A stretch of DNA of 64,000 bases from NCBI RefSeq assembly GCF_009914755.1, contig NC_060926.1; one strand, given 5' to 3'. The translations under genes and the position numbers were made by a program. The DNA comes from the human T2T-CHM13v2.0 reference genome, Homo sapiens. Position 1 is the first letter of the stretch; every line of letters begins with the position of its first letter. Positions 57,372 to 64,000 of the stretch are shown piece after piece. The notes under the pieces were generated by a model. It did not search any database. It was given only the letters and a program-made list of their open reading frames with translations, and was not told the DNA's origin.

Positions 57372-57552
57372 GACCACAGATTCTCAATGTGTGGCTTCCT
57401 GGACTCTCATGGTCAAAATCGCCTAGGAGCTTTTTAGAAAGGCAAATTATCTGACTCATCCCAGACCTATTGAATCAAAAACTAGAGTAGCACCCAGAAA
57501 TATGTGTTCTAAAAAGCCTATGAGGGAATTTTGATTTTGGCTTAAAACCACT
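57372..57552. mobile_element. MER5A MITE
   Basis: TTCTCAATGTGTGG...AGAAAGGCAAATT...CCCAGACCTATTGAATCA...AAAACCACTG. Confidence 0.8.
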
Positions 57553-57558
57553 GAAGTA

Positions 57559-57952
<394 letters not shown>

Positions 57953-58179
57953 CTAAACTGCCTAGTTCTCTAGTAAAGAATCACTTGAACTTTTTTTAGA
58001 ACACAATCTGTGTACATGGGGGTTTGGGTGTGTTTCAAAGCATAAGCACAGCTTCTTCCGATCCCAATATTTTTTCTCTGAGGACAATTTTTTTTTTTTC
58101 TAATTTGTTTGGGTATTTAATTTCACTGTAATTGCTTTCCTCAATATCTGACAATCCCTCAATTTTCTTTTATATTTAA

Positions 58180-58560
58180 GACCAAGAAACCAAAACGCTG
58201 ATTAGAATCTCTGTGTGCATCATTGACTTGCGGACGTTGCGATCTGTGCATAGGGCGGGGAGCTGCATTATAGCACGTCCAAATGTCAGTATGTATAGGT
58301 GTTTTCTCCTACGCTAACCAGATTTTTATAGAGTGATTCTCCAGAGTCAAACTTGGAGGCCCATGACGTTGGTCCACAGCATTTGTGAGCTGACCAGAGA
58401 AAGGAGACGGGATTCTGTATCTTTGGTATGTATACATTTACTTAATTCCCCTCTCTTCAGGAAGATGTTTAATCTCCACTCTTGGCTAACTCCAAGTTTT
58501 TCCCCGGTCATCCTCTCCAGAGTTAACATGTTTTCTGCCACATGCGGGAAAGGAGAGTCA
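58180..58560 (+). promoter_or_regulatory. Candidate CpG-retaining promoter/enhancer
   Basis: Not recognisably repetitive; about 11 CpGs in 370 bp; GC box GGGCGGGG at 58253-58260, GCACGT at 58273, TGACGT at 58364, donor-like TG|GTATGT at 58425/58426. Confidence 0.4.
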
Positions 58561-59499
58561 CATAGTTACATAGGCTGTGGGAAGATATGTTGGGTCTCAA
58601 ATATTCCTGTTTTATTCATATGAATTCCTGTTAGAGAAATCTGGCATATTAAATGCGTCTTTCCTCTGAGAAAATAAAATAAAATAATTATGAATGGCAT
58701 CTCTAAAGCCTAGATGCCTCCTTGAAACCCCATTTATCCTTTAGCATCAATAGTTCATCTGTCTAATCCATATCTATCACCTTGATATCTTTTTTATCAA
58801 TAATTCACTTAGTTCCATTATTCATAAATTTATTTGAGTACTATCTAAGAAAAAAATGCATCTCTCATTTTAACGGGAAGTATATCTTAAATTTCTAACA
58901 GGAAATGCTCATGGTCTATTTCTCACAGACCCGTTCCCCTATTCTGTTTTCATAATTTTTTAGAATCTAAAGCAATCTCATGGCTTTTTGATAGAGTGGT
59001 ATCACAATTTGTTATTCTCAGGCTGTGTATAACCTTAAGGATAATGTGAGATTCCAGATATCTTCTGCCAGTTTCATTGCTCCCCCAATTTTTTTACTCA
59101 ACCTCATAATTTCTAGAACCTTTATCATGTTTGATACACAAAATACCTTTAGTCACATATTTTTTTGTATAATCGAATAACTGGCTTTAGTTCACCTGTG
59201 GTTGTATGCTAGCCTATCTTCTGAAGGCTTATGTTTTCTTCCTTCAAGATAAAGTACCTACATGGAAAGCTCTACAGTTGGAATGAAGAGCTTTGAAAGA
59301 AGCATAACCATGCAATTCTGTTATTATTATTATTTTCAGTGACTTACCACTACAGAGAATCTTTTAGCCAGGAAGTGAGGATAGGATAATGTAAAGCATA
59401 ACAACAAAGAAAAATATCTTAGATCGTGGTAACATTCAGAAATGGAAGAGGAATCAGTCTGTCTAGCACTAAATCTGAGGTTAAGATTGCCTTAACACA

Positions 59500-60620
59500 A
59501 TGAAACAGCCATTAAGGTAAAGAAAGTTTCAAATTATTTTTGGTTGACAAACACATGATCCTGCCTTATTGGTGATAAGTAATCGTTTTAAAAATAAGAA
59601 AGAGGAAAACAACTGACTTGAGAAAAACGAACAAAATCATGGAAAGGGAATAATAGTTGCAAGACTAGAGGAAGAATTCACTTCTGAAAAACAGCAATTA
59701 CAGTTTCAGGACAACATTTCAGGCACTGTTAGGTCAATAAAATAAAAGAAAAGAGCACGTTTTAAAATAGAAACTAGAAGCCATATTAAGAGAATCGCCT
59801 GAGATAAAAAGGCAATTGAGAGAAGAAGACAATAGATAAAATGAGAGATGGTAAGAAAAGAAAATATTGCTAGAAAAATAAAACACCAATGGCACAATTT
59901 AAATCCATATATAAAGAATTAAATAGAAAAGTTGATGCTGTGGAACATGGAATCATGACATCTAGGGAAAATTTAATACTATCTCCCAGAATACAGAGCA
60001 AACAATGCATAAACCTTATTAGAGATCAGGAGATCGTATAGAAAAAAGAACACAAACTTGCTTATAAATATTTGCTAATTTTAAAGAAGGCACCAAAACA
60101 AACAAGAGCAGTTATTAATAACATAATAGAAGAAAACTTTCTAGGGCTTCAGACATCTACAAGTATCATAAAACACACACACATGACTAATTAGGAACTA
60201 TACTAGAAATGTAAGTGTACTTTAATATTTAAAATTTCTTAATATTAATTAAAATGAAGATTTGATTTATTGTTTAAAAGAGCATTTGATATTATTAAAG
60301 AATATCATGTTAAATCAGAAATAAGTATGCTTTTCCAACATAAAAAAGAATTTTTTTCAAAGAACATTGTTCTGAAAAATACAAAATACAGGGTATAGCA
60401 TCAAACTCAACTTTATAATCTTGAAAACCTTTCATTAAAATGATAAAAAGACAAGTATCCTCATAAATATTCATATTAGTCAAATTATACCCAGAAGTTT
60501 TACATGATGCAATAAAACAAAAACTAAATGAGGTATTTATAATAGAAATTTAAACCGTTAACATCATCTCTAGACAAGAGATGAAAAGTGTAAGAATACT
60601 AAGAGGTCTGTATACAAAAA
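59500..60620 (+). mobile_element. Very old L1M ORF1/ORF2 fragments
   Basis: A-rich sense pattern (ATAATAGAAGAAAACTTTCTAGGGCT, GATGCAATAAAACAA). Confidence 0.5.
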
Positions 60621-61169
60621 AACCTTGCAAGTATGTAAGTATACATATATACTTTCATGATATGTAATCCTCTCATTCTTGATTGTATGGAGTTTATTAT
60701 TTCCTTAATTTCTCTGAACATTTTAAATGATTTTACATTATAATGCAGCTCAGATTTTATCAGTAGATTTAATTCCTCTGATATGAATTCTCTCAGTTTT
60801 GTGTTCTGTAAACTGACTTTCTTGGCATTGAATTCTCCTCAGATGCTCTGTAATGTGCTAACGTGTAATGTCCACATGCTAATTTTACACAGGATTTAAC
60901 TTTCATGAGATTTTTAATTGACACATTTCCTGGGCTGTGTAAACCTCACTTTAGAGGCCATTCTGTGCTTGTGTCAATCCATCTTCTACACAGTTCCCAG
61001 CTCTGAGCCTGTTTGTATGTGAGTGCCTTGGTTTGGAGTTGACTCATAGGATGGAAAAGATGAATTCATCAACAGCACTGGGTATGAATTCTGATTTTCC
61101 ACTGTTGAGCCAGCTTCCACCAGCAGCCCAGAGCAAAGGAGCAGGCATCTGTCAAGAAACAGGAACTGG

Positions 61170-61291
61170 AATCATTCCATAATGTATATATACATCAAAA
61201 CATCACACTATACACCAAAAATATATATGATTTTTAATTTATCAACTAAAAAAATAAATAAACATACATTTAATTTAAAAAAGAAAAGAAA
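61170..61291 (+). mobile_element. Tiny L1MA 3' tip with poly(A)
   Basis: AATCATTCCATAATGTATATATACATCAAAACATCAC; degenerate TSD at 61154-61169 and 61292-61307. Confidence 0.8.
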
Positions 61292-62972
61292 AAGAAATAA
61301 GGACTGGTAGGAGAGATATGCAGGTTTCATTTTTCAAGCAAATAGGGTGCTTCCAGACCTTGGCTTCTTGAGGATCCTAGTGAGAATGTCTGTCCAGAGC
61401 CACGGACTGGGTACTGACTCCTACTCTGCATGGACATTAAAATCCAGGTCTTGTCCTTGCCTTATGACCCGGTAGTTCAGCTTCTTCTCAGCACTGTGGA
61501 TTTCTCATTTTATTTCTACTTATTCTTCTTAAAATGCATATTTTCACCAGAATTTCTGTGTATTTAGAGAAGGAGGATGATATCTATGAGTGGCCAATAT
61601 TTATTTACCCAGAAGCCAAAATTTTTCTTTTTTCTTTGAGTCCCATTTTTATTAAGGCTAACTGAAATACACTGAAATCACTTAGTAAAACATAACTAAA
61701 GTAAAAACATTTGTCTGGTAGGTTCTACTCTATGTCTTGGTTTTCATATCTAGGAGCTCCAAAAGGTCTAGAGTACATCTTAGTTTTTGTTGTTTGTTTC
61801 TCTGAGTCCGGTTATCAAATTTTAGAGAAAATTTGGAAAAGAGTGTGGAAGGAGAAGATAAGATTAGAGTGCCTGTATACAACATAGGAAGGCATGAGAG
61901 AAAAGCACATAATGCACTCTGATTTAATCAGCACCAGGAACAAGAAAACTTTCAAAGAAAATGTAGGGTGATGAATTTGCAACAGTTAAAATGAAATATC
62001 TGCTTTTGAAGCACACAGCAAGTCTTGAATTCTTCTTTGGGAAATCACAGATGTGAATAATACAATATCCATTGCTCTGATTCTCTCTGCCACCTGCGTC
62101 TTTCCTTCAGTTTGGGTCAGTACATTAGTCAGGAGATGAGCGTCCGCTAGTCTCTGTGATGCCAATACATGTTGGAGGGAGGATGAGACACATTTATCAA
62201 ACCCACTGATCAGCAGTTCTTCACTTCCTGTGGGCTTTGTGAATCATGTAATCAGAGGATTGTTTGTTTTATTTGTATTTATGCCCACATTTACCACTCC
62301 CCCCTGAAAAAAAATCTTAGCTTATCTGAATCCTTATGGTTAATTTAGAAATATCATTCTCTCTTTTTTTGGACTTGTAATCCTGAAAATCCTCAGAAAT
62401 ACAGCTATGCTTTTGTTCACTGGAAAAGTCAAAATCTCAGATTTTTCTCTATTGCTTGCTGTTTACCATTAAGGCATGACCTGACCTAGGAAACTATGGG
62501 AGATGGGGACAGTGAGAAGTTTGTTTTGGAATTTATGCCCTGTATTTTTTTTTTGTCTGCCTCAGCTGCCTATTACCAGATATAATACACATTTTCAAAT
62601 TCCCACGTAAATAAAAAGGACTATATGGATCAATGCCATTTTGGTCATCTCTTGAGGCCTGGAAATTTATTTTTTTGTATTAAAGATCCATTTATTTTTT
62701 TCCTTTAAGAATGGAACTATACTTAGTTAAGTAAAATCCAACATTGAACATTTTACATTCAAACTTTTGCATTTGAAGACAAGGTAAATAGGTGTTTTTA
62801 ATTGGTTCAAAATTTAAAAACAAATTTGAAGGATTAGAATGTTTAAGAAAATATGTCAGAGTTAGAAAAGCCAATTTATGCTATTTTTCTTTTGACATGT
62901 ATTAATCAGAAAATTACAAAAGCAAATCACATACTTGGAAACAATTAAATGTCTATGAATAGGGGATTATTT

Positions 62973-63166
62973 CAAGGGTCAGCAAATTTCAGCCTATTTT
63001 ATAAATACATTTCATTGGAACACAGCAAACTCCATTTCTTTACATATTGTCTATGGCTACTTTTGTACTAAAATGGTAGAGTTGAGTAGTTAATGGAGAG
63101 GACATATAAAGCAGAACCAAAAATATTTACTATCTGGCCTTTTAAGAAAAAGCCTGTCAACTGCTG
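62973..63166 (+). mobile_element. MER58A-like MITE within an old L1 fragment
   Basis: CAAGGGTCAGCAAA...ATTGGAACACAGC...GTCTATGGCTAC...AAATATTTACTATCTGGCC. Confidence 0.85.
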
Positions 63167-63257
63167 GATTGATTATATAAATTATGATTCATCCAAAAAT
63201 AAAATAGTATGAGGTGTTCAAATAATGGGCATCCATATATATGAATATATTTCTTTT

Positions 63258-64000
<743 letters not shown>

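Overview
This is AT-rich primate (human/great-ape-like) genomic DNA, most of it interspersed repeats. I find no host protein-coding exon, RNA gene or CRISPR array. Every long ORF in the track is decayed LINE-1 ORF1/ORF2, Alu or LTR sequence. The window holds five primate L1 copies: a twin-primed inverted L1PA3/4, a truncated L1PA2/3, a full-length but internally deleted L1PA7, a truncated L1PA8 and an ORF2-deleted L1MA. It also has older L1M/L2/MIR fragments, about 11 Alus, several MaLR LTRs, a MER11 solo LTR and hAT MITEs. I see no convincing new biological system. The best observations are mechanistic fossils: (1) an ERV1 env-TM + U3-R segment apparently retroposed by L1 (poly(A) tail, no U5, 5'-truncated, inside a MIR); (2) a 190-bp locally templated insertion with a fold-back junction inside an L1; (3) an L1PA7 that lost both start codons, its YY1 site and 265 in-frame ORF2 codons; (4) a head-to-head MaLR fusion; and (5) a CpG-retaining, GC-box-bearing unique segment that looks like an unannotated promoter or first exon. 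Subfamily names come from recalled consensus diagnostics, not a database search. Boundaries of old repeats are approximate.
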